Source of the DNA: Octopus vulgaris | Lineage: Eukaryota | DNA length: 64,000 nt | Assembly: GCA_951406725.2 (NCBI GenBank) | Contig: OX597816.1 | Location: forward strand, 40,238,001 to 40,302,000 | Direction: 5' to 3' | Shown: in pieces, positions 42,325 through 55,462 of the stretch | Numbering within the stretch: position 1 is the stretch's first letter | How the letters are laid out: each line of letters begins with the position of its first letter | Program-made: the position numbers and the translations under genes | The notes under the pieces: generated by a model | The model's database searches: none | What the model was told of the DNA's origin: nothing | Seen by the model: the letters and a program-made list of their open reading frames with translations, nothing else

Positions 42325-42862
42325 TCAGAAGTCTGCGGAGATTAATGGTATAGAGGTATATACTTAGATTTATACAGAACCAAATAACACTGATGAACAT
42401 TCATACATATACGCTAACGCACATACATACATACATACATACATACATACATACATACATACATACATACATACATACATACATACATACATACATACAC
42501 ACCCGTACGGATTATGGCTAGTTAAAATAGCTTAGAAATTTGAGACTGCAAGAGAATCAATTGTGTCAAAAAATGTCTGGTAAGTATGTATTGTTGTGCG
42601 ATGGGAGACGTAAAATGTGCCGAGTTGAATAGCAATTAGGAGTATTTTGGTCAGCCTATTCTTCTCTAAATTTTTCACCTTTTCTTTTTTAAACGAATGT
42701 TAAGCTTCTTCTTTTACAATTGACCTTTTTAAAGACTAGATACTTTGAATAAGTATCTAACACATAATAAAGTAAGATTTCACTTATTTTTCTTCTTTTC
42801 TCTTAAAAAAAATGTTTCACCCGAACACATTTTAGTTAGATACTAAGTAAACATATATTCTG

Positions 42863-42914
<52 letters not shown>

Positions 42915-42988
42915 GTATACATATATACATGTATGTATATATACATATATATATATATTTGTGTATATGTATAGATATATATATATAC

Positions 42989-43056
<68 letters not shown>

Positions 43057-43269
43057 GGATATATACATATATGAGTTTATAACTACATATGTGTATTATA
43101 TCTATATATGTGTATTTATATATATACACACACATATATATATACATATATTTGGATATACATGCACATATATCTGCACACGCACATATATCCAAATATA
43201 TGTATGCATGCATATATGTATACATATATATACATACATAGATACATATATATATATGTATATATGTTT

Positions 43270-43323
<54 letters not shown>

Positions 43324-43326
43324 ATA

Positions 43327-43369
<43 letters not shown>

Positions 43370-43826
43370 ATATGTATTTATATAGCTATGTATGCGTTCG
43401 CTTTACTTTCTATTTTTCTGTCGTAGACATTTCACTTCTGTGCAATTCTGCAACTTCAGATCAATTTTTTTGTATTTCTCAAAACTTTTAACCTGATTTC
43501 TTATTTTGCCAAAGAAAGCCAAAAAAGAGCACCCAAAGTAAAACGTAAAATTAGAAAGGAAAATGAGAAATGTAACATAAAATATCAAAAAAGAAAAACA
43601 AAAAAGACAAACACATCTTATGTTATGAAGCGTAAATAACTTTGTAACAACCTAATTTTGATGCAACTTAGAAAATTTGAACCACCTGGTTAATATTCGT
43701 TTCTCTCTCGTATTATTTCCACAAATTCTCACTATTTATGTACATATACATACCTAAATACGTGTATATAATGTGCATACATAGTGCCTATATATGTATG
43801 TAGATATATGTATGTATGTATGTATG

Positions 43827-43866
<40 letters not shown>

Positions 43867-44276
43867 CGTATGTATATATATATGTATATATATATATATA
43901 TGTATATATATGTATATATATATGTATGTATATGTACATATATATATATACACACACATATATATATATGTATAAGTATATGTGCGTGTGTTTATGCGTG
44001 CAGTAATGTTTGTCTTTAAGTGATAATATATATAAGCAATTTAGCATTAAATTGAAGTATTACTCTATAGATTTTCGTAGACTAAATATTTATCCATTTG
44101 TACAAGACAATATAAATGCTAACTGAGAATTCGAGGTACTAGCTCGTAAGCCATCAACAGACTGATGGATTACAGTTGGTAAACAGAAATACTTCGATAT
44201 CACAGTCAACCTTATCCCTGTTAAGTTTAGAATAAAGACATGAATATGTATATTGGTATATCTGTGTGTTTATATA

Positions 44277-44417
44277 GGAGGGAGTGCTGAAAAGTTTATG
44301 GTTTTTAGGGTATCGCAAAATGTGTCGGAATCTGAGAGGGATATATGTTGAATAAAATCATAGTTAAGTGATCCTCCTGTATTTTCTTTTACCCAAAGCC
44401 AGGAACTTTTCAGCTCC

Positions 44418-44421
<4 letters not shown>
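44277..44421. mobile_element. Mariner-type MITE (about 145 bp)
   Basis: TIRs gaggga(gt)gctgaaaagtt and aacttttcagctccctc, TA flanks. Confidence 0.7.
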
Positions 44422-44472
<51 letters not shown>

Positions 44473-44824
44473 CCCATTCTGTTTGTGTGTGTAAAAGATT
44501 ATAACAGCCGTATTTTTCAACTGATTTTCTCCACCCTGCGAACATATATTACTTATATTTCATGGATAGTTTTAAACTATAAAAAGTTTCACATAATGAG
44601 TAACGGGAGCCCTGGGGACAGAAAACACCAGTTCTAGCGTTACGTGGAGGAGGGAGGTAACTCTTAACGAAGTAACCTTCAGAAATTGATTGTTTCTCTT
44701 ACATCCATTGGTCTTAAAATATTGCTTTTTAAATTAGATTTAAGTCTTTAAAAGTTGTTAAAAATATTTACTTCCGGTTTCCAAGTATCAGTGACATCTA
44801 TATCTCTATCCATCTCTATTTCTA

Positions 44825-44917
<93 letters not shown>

Positions 44918-45583
44918 CTTATCTATCTATATCTATCTTTTTTCTAACTAGCTAGTGCTCTCTCTCTCCCTCTCTCCCTCTCTCTATATCTCACTCACTC
45001 TCTATTGTTTTCACTTCCATTTTTTAGACGTCGTTGTTTTCAGTTTAAGTTCAGTTGCTATGGTTTTTACTGTAAGTTTTCAATCACTATTTTCAAACAA
45101 CAACGACAAATTACTGACAGAAAGAAGTTCACAATTACTGATGAAAGTAATTTCATACATAATTTACTGACAGAAGTAACTCCATTTTTTTACTTCAATC
45201 CGTACACGTCGTTAAATGTGCCTACAAATTTCGTATTTACTTTTGCAACGTTTTGTGTTTTTCTTGTTGTTGACGGAATTACTGATAAAAGCAAGTTCAT
45301 AATTTACTTACAGAAGTAACTTTAAAAAATTCACTTTAATACGTACACTTATTTAATTTCCCTAAAAATGTTTCTGTTGTTAACGGCTTTTTTCTGGTTC
45401 CTTTGATACTGGCTCTTTGGTTCACTGACAAGTCTCCATTCAACCCGTACAATTCTTTATTTTCCGTAAAAAGTTTTTATTTACTTTCTGCCCATCGCAT
45501 TAAAACATATAATTTCATGTACCCAGTTATTTTCATTGCTCACTATCTTCTGCACCCGTGTATCTCTGTATACATATGTAACT

Positions 45584-46208
45584 ATGCTTAGAAGGAAAGT
45601 GTCAAATTTGTCTACAATGTCAATGTCAGCCAAAAGAATGTTTCTGTCCAGAGAAAGAAAGATAGATGCAGAAAGGGAAGCACACCAAGAAACGAACAGA
45701 CTGTGTACTACAAAAGTCAGAGCATCTCAAAGTGATGAACAGAGGTATGCACGGCTGACAAGGAATAGGATCTCCATTGCAGAACCAAGAGCAGTTGCAA
45801 TAGCTCAGAAAAGCAACTTCTATGAAGCAGCTTTCTATTATGATCCAGCAGTTCATTATGCAGATGACACTAGAGTTTCCATTGGTGCAATGACAATTGA
45901 GTGCATACATTGTAAAGCAAGGACGTGTCCTGGAGAGACACGCGCATTGTGCTGCAGAGGTGGAAAGGCAAAACTCCCTGCAATCCCCCAACCTCCAGAG
46001 CTATTGAAGAAACTGCTGTCATCAACTGACCAAGATTCCAAGCACTTCCAAAACAAAATTAGACAGTACAACGCTGCACTACAGATGACATCACTTGGAG
46101 CCACAAGAGATTTAACTGAGTTAGGATTCATGCAAACTTTCAAGATCCAAGGTTAGATTTATCATCGGATCGGCTCCTTACTACCGTTGTCAAATGACTC
46201 ACCAAAGT
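45584..46208 (+). pseudogene. Helitron Rep/helicase N-terminal fragment
   Basis: CIHCKA...CCRGGK, FQNKIRQYNAALQMTSLG, FKIQG*IYHRIGSLLP (Q changed to stop). Confidence 0.9.
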
Positions 46209-46310
46209 CCACGTTTCATTGTTAATAATCTGTACCTGTTATTCGATTACGAAATAAGCTACGCAAAACGTGCTCTTGAATTACACGTATTATATATATA
46301 TATACATATA

Positions 46311-46360
<50 letters not shown>

Positions 46361-46364
<4 letters not shown>

Positions 46365-47422
46365 TGCGGCCAAAATGTTCAGAACGGCATTGTTTTCGTC
46401 AGAAAGTAGGTATAATTTTTTATCAAAGTTGTTTTATATTCTATAATTTTCACAGACAATAAATACAATATGAATTGTTATTGTCTGAGATTTTGGTGTA
46501 ATTTGAGAGGATAATACAAAAGTTATGGATGATTTAGTGATTTACTGCAAAACCCATGCCGGCCAAAATGATCAGAACGGTTGAAAAAATAACAAAATTA
46601 TCAAAAATAACAGAGAATACTGGAATTATTTAATATTTAGTGTGAAGCCCTTTAGCTTCAATCACACTTTGACATCTTCGACTGCATGAGGAAATTAAAT
46701 TTTCAATTTCTTGCTGGGTGATCTTATTCCATTCTTCCTGAAGGGCATTCCATAATTGCTCGGTTGTTTTAGGATTTCTGGCTTTCGAACGTTCTCCTAG
46801 AATATTCCACACATTTTCAATAGGATTGAAATCTGGGCTTTGAGCAGGCCAATCCATAACAATAATTTTTTCAGCCTTGCGGAAGTTCATGACCACTTTA
46901 GCCTTGCGACATGGGGTATTGTCCTGCATGAATATGGGCGATCGCTGAGTTGAATTTCTCAGCACAGGCAAGGCATGATCTTTTACAAGTTGTTTATAAA
47001 CTCCTGCATTTACCTTTCCAAGTAATCGCACCAAAGGGCCCACACCATCTCCAGATATCATCCGCCAAACCGTGACACTTCTTCCACCGAATTTAACACT
47101 AGTCTTAAGGCATTTAGGCGACAATTTTTCACCTACTTTTCGACGAACGTGCCTTTTCCCATCTGAGCCAAATAACATAAACTTAGATTCATCAACAGTT
47201 TTTCACTGTTCTGATCATTTTGGCAGGCATGGGCTTTGTAGTAAATCCCTAAATCATCCATAACTTTTGTATTATCCTCTCAAATTACACCAAAATCTCA
47301 GATAATAACAATATCGTATTTATTGTCTGTGAAAATTATAGAATATAAAACAACTTTGATAAAAAATTATACCTACTTTTCTGACGAAAACAATGCCGTT
47401 CTGAACATTTTGGCCTCAACTG
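46361..47422 (-). mobile_element. IR/DR-type Tc1 transposon, N-terminally deleted
   Basis: About 220-bp TIRs (46361-46581, 47205-47422), each with two GCCAAAATG.TCAGAAC direct repeats; TA flanks. Confidence 0.92.
46630..47196 (-). pseudogene. Tc1 DD34E transposase catalytic domain
   Basis: DESKF ... QDN(34 residues)E in WPAQSPDFNPIENVW; frame uninterrupted; DNA-binding domain absent. Confidence 0.9.
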
Positions 47423-47669
47423 TATATATATATAATAATATTAGGGAGTAAATCCAAACTTACAGGGAAATATTAGATTTAGGATTAAATCTAATTTCAC
47501 ATAAAGATTTATAAATATAAATAAAAAATTTTAAATTTGAATAATTTAAATTTTAAATTTTATATTTTATATATTTTGTATATTATATTAATTATTTTTA
47601 TTTTTATGTTTTGGTTTATGTTTTTCACTGTTTGATTTGCCTAATAGTGGTTTTATTTCTAATTTAATG

Positions 47670-47736
<67 letters not shown>

Positions 47737-47936
47737 GAGTTGAAAACTTTCTTTTTACATTTCACTTAACGTCTATGTTCCATGATGGTATGGGCTGGAG
47801 AGTTATTAATATAGAAAGTTGGTATCTCAGCTACCAGCAGTTGAGGCATGCGTAATCTAGATGGCGTTTTAAAATTTCATTATTCTCTTTAACCCAGGTA
47901 ACGCCGGGTATTCCTGCTAGTATATATATATACATA

Positions 47937-47995
<59 letters not shown>

Positions 47996-48168
47996 GTGTG
48001 TGTATGTATATATATATATATGTACATACATACATGTATATTATATATTTATACATACAGATATAAAAATAAATATATATATATATGCATATATATGTAT
48101 ATAATTCTTTTTCAGAATGAAATTAAAAAACAATGCTGTGAATATGCTAGAACATTTATAAAGAGAAG

Positions 48169-48216
48169 GTCTTACAGCTGTTTCCAGGATATTCATTATA
48201 TCCATTCATCGGAGAC
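48169..48216 (-). ncRNA. Minimal type-I HHR motif (U4C core variant)
   Basis: GTCT CCGATGA a t GGATAT-aatga-ATATCC tg GAAA CAGCTG TA AGAC. Confidence 0.65.
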
Positions 48217-48512
48217 GGTATGAGAAAATAGTTAAGCAAATACAAATACATTCCCTACTTTTAGGTCACTTTAAATAAAACCCTTGATTCAACAGCACTG
48301 TGTACAAACTCTATACTTGGAATGACCAATTTTAGAAACTATTGGATTTTACTCACAAGGTATTGGAATCGTATATGTATACCATTCTGCCTAAACAATA
48401 GATCTACAAATGCAATATCCCTGAATATCTCACATCTATCTTCATTCTTCCACTTCACTCTCTATTTCGTATCTTATCTAAATTAACTATTGCTTAACCA
48501 TTCTCTCACCCC

Positions 48513-48560
48513 GTCTCCGATGAATGGATATAATAAATATCCTGGAAACAGCTGTAAAAC
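48513..48560 (+). ncRNA. Minimal type-I HHR motif (U4C), stem I mismatch
   Basis: GTCT CCGATGA ... GAAA CAGCTG TA AAAC. Confidence 0.6.
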
Positions 48561-48782
48561 CTTCTATTTATAAATGTTCTAAAATCTTCACAGCCTTGGT
48601 TTTTTATCTCATTCTGAAAAAAAAATATATACACATGCTGATATATGACCTACGTTGGATTCTTTATTCGCATAATCACCGAACATGTAGCTTAACTAAT
48701 GTCTATCCATAACACTTACTCAGACTTACCTGACACATTTGGGTCTTATTGATTCCATTATATCTCATAACCCCCCTCTCTC

Positions 48783-48817
<35 letters not shown>

Positions 48818-49249
48818 ATAGATGTGTATGTGTGTGCGCTTGTGTGTGTGTAAGTGTGTGTATGTCTGCGTGTGTGTGTGTCCATATAGGCGTGTAAAAT
48901 TCAAATACCAAAATCAGTAACCGTGAATTTGTATTCGAAATAGTCGAAAACACCATACTGAATAAAACCACACAAAAAATATCGAGTTGAATTCTGTCAA
49001 CCTATAGTCATTCTTTTGTTAAAATGTAAGTTTGTGCAAACATCTTGGGATGTGTGAGTGTGTGCGTCTGTCTCTGGGTTCATAAAAATGTATACAGAAA
49101 TTGTACGTTCTTTTCATTTGCTCCGAAATTCGAAGTAAAATATTTTATTTGATACAAACTGTCAGGTACGCGTTTACTACAAAATACGTAACAAAATGGC
49201 GGAGTTTAATACTTTTCTGTTCAGAAACCAGGTGTGATATTTTTGAACA

Positions 49250-49883
49250 TAGGCAGCCTCGCGCGCATCATTGCATCTTTTCGACGGTCATTCGGAATGC
49301 TCACAGCAGCCATATTCCTACCGCTCTATGTCACGCTGGTGAGACCCATATTGGAGTACAGGATTCAAGCCTCTTCTCCTTATCTCCTCAAAGACAGACA
49401 TCATCTCGAAAGAGTCCAGAAGCTGGCTACCCGCATGGTTCTTGGTCTCAAGCATTTGTCTTATGAAGAAAGGCTGAAGACGCTCGACCTTTATTCTCTA
49501 GAAAAACGACGCCGCCGTGCTGATCTCATTCTTGCTCACAACATCATAAGCGGAAAGTGTAACCTCTCGAAAGAGCTGTTCTTCACTCCTGCTCCAGAAC
49601 GTCGGCTGCTGGGTCACTCCGAAAAGCTCTATCTGCGACGATTTCATCTCAATTGAAGGAGAGGGGCTTTCTCCGTCCGGGTTGCGGACCCGTGGAATAA
49701 GCTGCCGGACGAGATAGTGAAGATGCCGACGACCGCTCGGTTCAAAGTCTCCCTTGACCACAAATGGCCTGAACTCTTTGCATGAACACCACCCTGTACA
49801 TAACTCCATGTCCCCTTACATGGCCTTGCTTTTTGCTTTTTGAACCAAAAAATTAACTTAACTTAATTTAGCTTAACTTAACT
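49250..49883 (+). mobile_element. CR1-clade LINE 3' end
   Basis: LVRPILEY...LERVQKLATR...LSYEERL...GHSEKL...FSVRVADPWNKLP, stop at 49785, (TAACT)n tail. Confidence 0.9.
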
Positions 49884-50834
49884 TTTCTCCAGTCAACAAA
49901 TGAACTAAGTATATTATATACGTGCATCTTGGTAGAATAGATTAGTGTGATGTACCTGTGCAATGGATTGTTGAGAAATGAATTATGGCAAGTTAAATCC
50001 CATTCAGATCCTTTTATTCAGTCTACCATCTTTTAAGAAGGAAGATATACAGGATAATGTAATCCTAAGTACAACATATAGGAGAAAAGACGAGAGGATT
50101 ATGACTGTGCAATGGCGGGTAGCTTAGTGCTTACATTGCTGGGCTCATTATCATAATACTGTGGGCTCGATTCCTTGACGGGGTGGCGCGGTGTGTCTTT
50201 CAGCAAAGCATTTCATTCCACAATACTCCAGTCTATTCTTCCTCAACGAGCATCAGACGAGTGCTCGAGCAGCCCTTTAGTCCTCTTGTCAAATGCTGGA
50301 CACTCCACCGACTCAAGAGGCGAGTGGACAAAAGGGTGTATATATCTGCTTGTGACTACATAGGTAACTATAAACAATTAGCGAAAACATAGTACATTCA
50401 AACAAGCCCATTCGCTCGCGAGTGACGTCTGGTCGTGATTACGGCTGGAATGCCTTTCAACGTAGATGTAACCTACATTACCCTTAGGGTTTCAAAGCAC
50501 TGTTCTTGAACCGAGACATTTGACTAAATTTCGACACTGCTGTTCTAAATTTCCGCAATACTTAGTCTTAAACCCGTTACCTAACCTCAAGACAAAGTTA
50601 ACAGGTAAGTTATCCTACGTAGTAATGTTCTTTTTGGAACTGAAATCAGTAGTGTACGACAAAAACGAAATGAAAGAGATGACTTTCAAACGATGAAAAG
50701 TATAATGGAAACTCATTATTTCAGTCTTTTCAACTATCGTTATACTACAGATCTATATTTAAGAGACGAAGAATTATGTACATTATTTACTTTATTTACA
50801 ATTGACGGTTATTTGTCCTCATCTTGTTTGTTTG

Positions 50835-51047
50835 GGTATAATTGATCATGTATGGAAAAATGGAGACTACCTTCCCCTGTGGGATGAATTTAAAATAACA
50901 GACAGAGACCACCACTGAAAAATACGAAAACTAAAAGAAGCAGCACATATGCTGGGACAGAACAACCTCCTAAGCAGACCGAGTGCAGATATGAATACTA
51001 TATGGGAACCGGTATTAAGGAAGGATAGGAGAATATTAGATTTATAA
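50835..51047 (+). pseudogene. PLE GIY-YIG endonuclease C-terminal fragment
   Basis: GIIDHVW...LWDEFKITDRDHH*KIRKLKEAAHM (RK.KEA motif). Confidence 0.75.
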
Positions 51048-51076
51048 GCCCTAAAATTCACTCCATACTTGCCCTC

Positions 51077-51149
51077 GGGCACATGGCGTAGTGGTTAAGA
51101 GTGCGGGCTACTAACCCTAAGATTCCGAGTTCTATTCCAAGCAGTGACC
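51077..51149 (+). promoter_or_regulatory. tRNA-like Pol III promoter inside the PLE
   Basis: A-box TGGCGTAGTGG, B-box-like GAGTTCTATTCC, imperfect cloverleaf. Confidence 0.65.
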
Positions 51150-51232
51150 TGAATAATAATAATAATAATAATAATGATGATAACATCGAAAAATACCTTA
51201 GGAATGAGAACATTGGTTCGAAATTTCCCCAA

Positions 51233-51278
51233 GACACCTAATGAAGGCTGGAGGATATATCAGCCGAAACGTTGTGTT
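51233..51278 (+). ncRNA. Minimal type-I HHR motif (G5A-mutated copy)
   Basis: GACAC CTAATGA a GGCTG...CAGCC GAAA CG TT GTGTT. Confidence 0.7.
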
Positions 51279-52129
51279 AACAACAAACAAAATGAGGAAA
51301 AATATCCGCCGATTGTAAATAATGTATCGTTATACTAAATGTCATTTTTTGCCTGAAACATGAGTATTACTAAGCCACGCGGTTACATAAAAAGAATTAA
51401 TTTTTTACAGATTGGGCAGGTTGTATGCGGAATAATATTTCCAATATGTTGTTGCTATTGTTTTCTTAAGCAATCCACATCGTTATGTTTGCTTCAAAAG
51501 AAGGTCACCAGTCTTTAAGGTAGATATTAATGTCAATTGACTTGATTCGATTATATTTTCATTAGTTCACTTAGAGCCTTCCAGTATGATAGAAGTCACA
51601 GTTATCCCACATAAAGTAATGTCACGAAATAAGAATCACTTGCACTAAGACATATAAAGAATACAAAGGGGACATCTGATTATATGTAGTCCTGAATTTG
51701 GTGCATTTATTTTATCCAGCAGGGGAGAATGGGAAAGTGGAATGTGGAGTCGAAAAATGGTGGATATTTGAACCAAAAAAGCAAAGCAATTAAATATCAG
51801 AACACCGTACCATTGCTACCACTCTACTACCATTTCCTCACTTCATCAATTTTCTAAGAAATTAAAAAAAGGTATTGAAGCGAAAATGGAACCTCCATGT
51901 ACTCACCCCACCCAGAAGAAATGACTGGAAAACTCCTTCAAACAACACTCTCACATTTTAAGTAAGGCAAGAACATATTACCTGTAAACATAGGTTTGCT
52001 TACTGAGAACTGACTTGGGGTAAACAACAAAACAACAGCATCAACAACAACAACAATGATGACAACACTGGCCCCCAAATTGTCCTCATATTACACTTTA
52101 TCGTTACTTTTAATTATCATTACTTAATT

Positions 52130-52362
52130 AACCGGTTTCCCCCGTTTCTTTGGCGTATAGGTTCTCCATCTGGACGGGACGTCGCAGATAATAGTGGAAA
52201 AGAAGTCAGCAGAAGTTCGCCGTTACCTTCTGCCGGAGCCGGGTGGAGCTTATGTGTTCCGCTCATAAACACACACACACACATCGCCTGGTCTGAGATT
52301 CGAACACACCATCACTCGACTGCGAGTCCGCTGCTCTAACCACTGGGCCATGAGCCTCCACA
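52130..52362 (-). mobile_element. SINE-C-head variant with a different tail
   Basis: ctaaccactgggccat..gcctcca head; tail unlike that of 8331. Confidence 0.75.
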
Positions 52363-52527
52363 CTGCTAATAAATGTAATTATATATAAATAACATATTTT
52401 TGCTAAACTGTAAAAAAAAAAGCCAGTATGGGGACATTTTCATTTTAATCCTGCCTGATCAAATGATCAGGCACTAAACAACAACAACAACAAGTAGCCA
52501 TTAACTAGTCGTGTCTTTAGACTTCGA

Positions 52528-53311
52528 AGGCGGCGAGCTGGCAGAATCGTTAGCACACCGGGCGAAATGCGTAGCCGTATTTCGTCGCCCTTACGTTCTG
52601 AGTTCAAATTCCGCCGAGGTCGACTTTGCCTTTCATCCTTTCGGGGTCGATAAATTAAGTACCAGCTATGCACTGGGGTCGATGTAATCGACTTAATCCG
52701 TTCGTCTGACCATGTTTGTCCCCTCTATGTTTAGCCCCTTGTGGGTAATAAAGAAACAGGTATTTCGCCTGCCGCTACGTTCTGAGTTCAAATTCCGCCG
52801 AGGTCGGCTTTTCCTGTCATCCTTTCGGGGTCGATAAATTAAGTACCAGTTATGCACTGGGGTCGATGTAATCGACTTAATCCGTTCGTCTGACCTTGTT
52901 TGTCCCCTCTATGTTTAGCCCCTTGTGGGTAATAAAGAAACAGGTATTTCGCCTGCCGCTACGTTCTGAGTTCAAATTCCGCCGAGGTCCGCTTTGCCTG
53001 TCATTCTTTCGGGGTCGATAAATTAAGTACCAGTTACGCACTGGGGTTGATGTAATCGACTTAATCCGTTTGTTTGTCCTTGTTTGTCCCCTCTATGTTT
53101 AGCCCCTTGTGGGTAATAAAGAAACAGGTATTTCGCCTGCCGCTACGTTCTGAGTTCAAATTCCGCCGAGGTCGACTTTGCCTGTCATCCTTTCGGGGTC
53201 GATAAATTAAGTACCAGTTACGCACAGGGGTCGATGTAATCGACTTAATCCGGTTGGCTGTCCTTGTTTGTCCCCTCTATGTTTAGGCCCTTGTGGGCAA
53301 TAAATAAATAA
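52528..53311 (+). mobile_element. SINE-A with four tandem modules (184-bp period), 17-bp TSD
   Basis: Modules restart at 52759, 52943 and 53127; TSD gtgtctttagact.cga at 52511 and 53312. Confidence 0.95.
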
Positions 53312-53742
53312 GTGTCTTTAGACTCCGACAATTTGCAATATTTTTTTCTTGACACCTTTTCTACAAGTTCAAATCTTGCTGAGGTCAACTTTATCTTTCA
53401 TTCTTTCGGGGTTGATAAAAAAGAAGTATCTGTTCAAGACAATAGATGGCTCAAATCCCAAATCAGAATCCTATACGATACCCTGCACTACTTTTTCTAG
53501 ATTTTTGCCTTCTCAGATGATAAACACGCCATCACTCGGTTTAATACCAACATCTCGTTCTTAGATATCTTTAACGAATCATTCTATTTTAAGCATTTTA
53601 GGATCAGGGTTCTGTTTATGCACTTTGTCCTACAAATATCAAAGACTCTGAAAAAAAAATAGTAATCATAGATGCTGACCTATCCCGAGAAAAATAACGA
53701 AGCAAAAATAGCTAATCATTGCTATTACTGTCATGTTTCTTA

Positions 53743-54190
53743 AGGCAGCGAGCTGGCAGAATCGTTAGCATGCCGGAGAAAATGCTTAGCGGCGATTCGT
53801 CCGTTTTTACGTTCTGAGTTCAATTTCCGCCGAGGTCGACTTTGACTTTCATCTTTTCGGGATTGATAAAGTAAATATTAATTAGTTGCGTACTGGGGGC
53901 GATGTAATTGACTATCCCCACTCCTCCGAATTTCAGGCCTTGTGCCTATAGTAGAAAGGATTATTGTTATGTTTCTTAGGGCGGCGAGCTGGTAGAATCG
54001 TTAGCATGCCGGGAAAAATTATTAGTGGCGTTTCGTCCGTCTTTACGTTCCGAGTTCAAATTCCGCTGAGGTCGACTTTGCCTTTCTTCCTTTTAGGGAT
54101 CGATAAAATAAGTACCAGCTGCATACTGGAGTCGATGTATTCGACTGTCCTCTCCCCCAAATGTAATCGACTTAACCCGTGCCCCCAAAT
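53743..54190 (+). mobile_element. Two adjacent SINE-A copies (53743-53959, 53979-54190)
   Basis: Two full heads; 19-bp direct repeat atta.tgt.atgtttctta before each. Confidence 0.9.
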
Positions 54191-55404
54191 AGCTATTTAT
54201 ATCAAAATTTGAAACCATCATTGTTACGTTCTTTGGCTTCATTGTTGCTAATATATTTACCGTAACCCAAGCGCTCGTGTTGCAAGTCAGCAGCCATTTT
54301 AGCAACAAAATAACCGGACAGCTATTACATCTCTCCGTCTGTAATACCAATGGAGTTTGTTTATCAGATGTAAGCTCTCGTTCGACTTGCATAGTGCTTG
54401 CAGCATTTAAAATTTTAAATCACATCGTTTATATTCATATATTTGTTTAGCTGATATTTTCTCTTTTATTATTTCATTAATCTCTCTGATGCGATCTAAC
54501 CTCGTCTAATATATCGCTTTTAATCTCTGTCGAATGAGGTTTTGATCGATTAGCTTCTTAATTTTGTTGTTTTCTCTATTTTTTCGTGTTTTTTTTGTTG
54601 TGTAATGTTTATTTATATATTTTATTTTAATTTTATTCATTTATGTTATTATCTTTTTTTTTTTATATAGTTTCATTTTGTTCGTTACTCAAGGCGATGT
54701 CGTAGCGCTCATTATATATATTTTTTATTTTCTAATGACAATTGATGCTGATTATTGATCTGGAGTATTGGAAGAGTTATGCGCCACAGGGAAGGATTAC
54801 CATCCAACAAGATTGGCCGGTTTAGTCAGGAAACGTATGAGTAAATACATATACATACATAGCTACATAGCTACATATACACATGCATACACATACATAC
54901 ATACATACATAGATACATAGATACATACATATATACATACATACATACATACATACATACATACATACATACATACATACATGCATACATACATACACAT
55001 ACATGTATATATCTATATTCTACATACATATACATTGTTTAACCGTCACTCGCAAGCAAGTATGGTTTGGTGGCTTAAATAAAGATTTTGTAAATTGCTT
55101 TTAGTTCCTACCTAGATAAAGATACTGATAAAGATCGTAGCAAACAGATGAAGATAGTAGAGTATCGAAAATACGACTGATGGAGGAAGAAAGGATTGCT
55201 TAAACAACCCGCCGGTGTTCATCCTTCGCTAATAAACTGGGTCAACGTGGAACGATGTGGTCTCCTCTAACGTACAACGTGTTCCTTGATCCATGCATCC
55301 AACTCACGACTTCATAACTGTGAGCCTAATACTTCAATTTGTAGGTGACGTACTTTCGCACTCATACACACAAACATACACATACACGCGGGCATAGACA
55401 CATT

Positions 55405-55459
<55 letters not shown>

Positions 55460-55462
<3 letters not shown>

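Larger units (their letters stand above)
44470..47920 (+). mobile_element. Internally deleted Helitron with nested insertions
   Basis: Rep N-terminal fragment; 3' hairpin acccaggtaacgccgggt followed by CTAG|T at 47920; 5' end approximate. Confidence 0.7.
48107..48625. mobile_element. PLE remnant with inverted pseudo-LTRs
   Basis: 48107-48240 is the reverse complement of about 48490-48625; each arm holds an HHR. Confidence 0.8.
50748..51324 (+). mobile_element. 5'-truncated PLE with inverted pLTR segment and 13-bp TSD
   Basis: TSD tatcgttatacta at 50735-50747 and 51325-51337; 50748-50833 is an inverted copy of the 3' end; EN fragment and HHR present. Confidence 0.85.

Noticed and set aside
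48724-50612. Perfect CAG|GTAAGT donors (48730 minus, about 50605 plus)
   Set aside because: No credible acceptor or open exon upstream; isolated 9-mers are weak evidence
51077-51149. Functional tRNA gene (also the SINE heads)
   Set aside because: Acceptor, anticodon and T stems are mismatched and no oligo-T terminator follows
52528-53311. Regularly spaced repeats as CRISPR or satellite
   Set aside because: Whole 184-bp units are near-identical SINE modules inside one TSD
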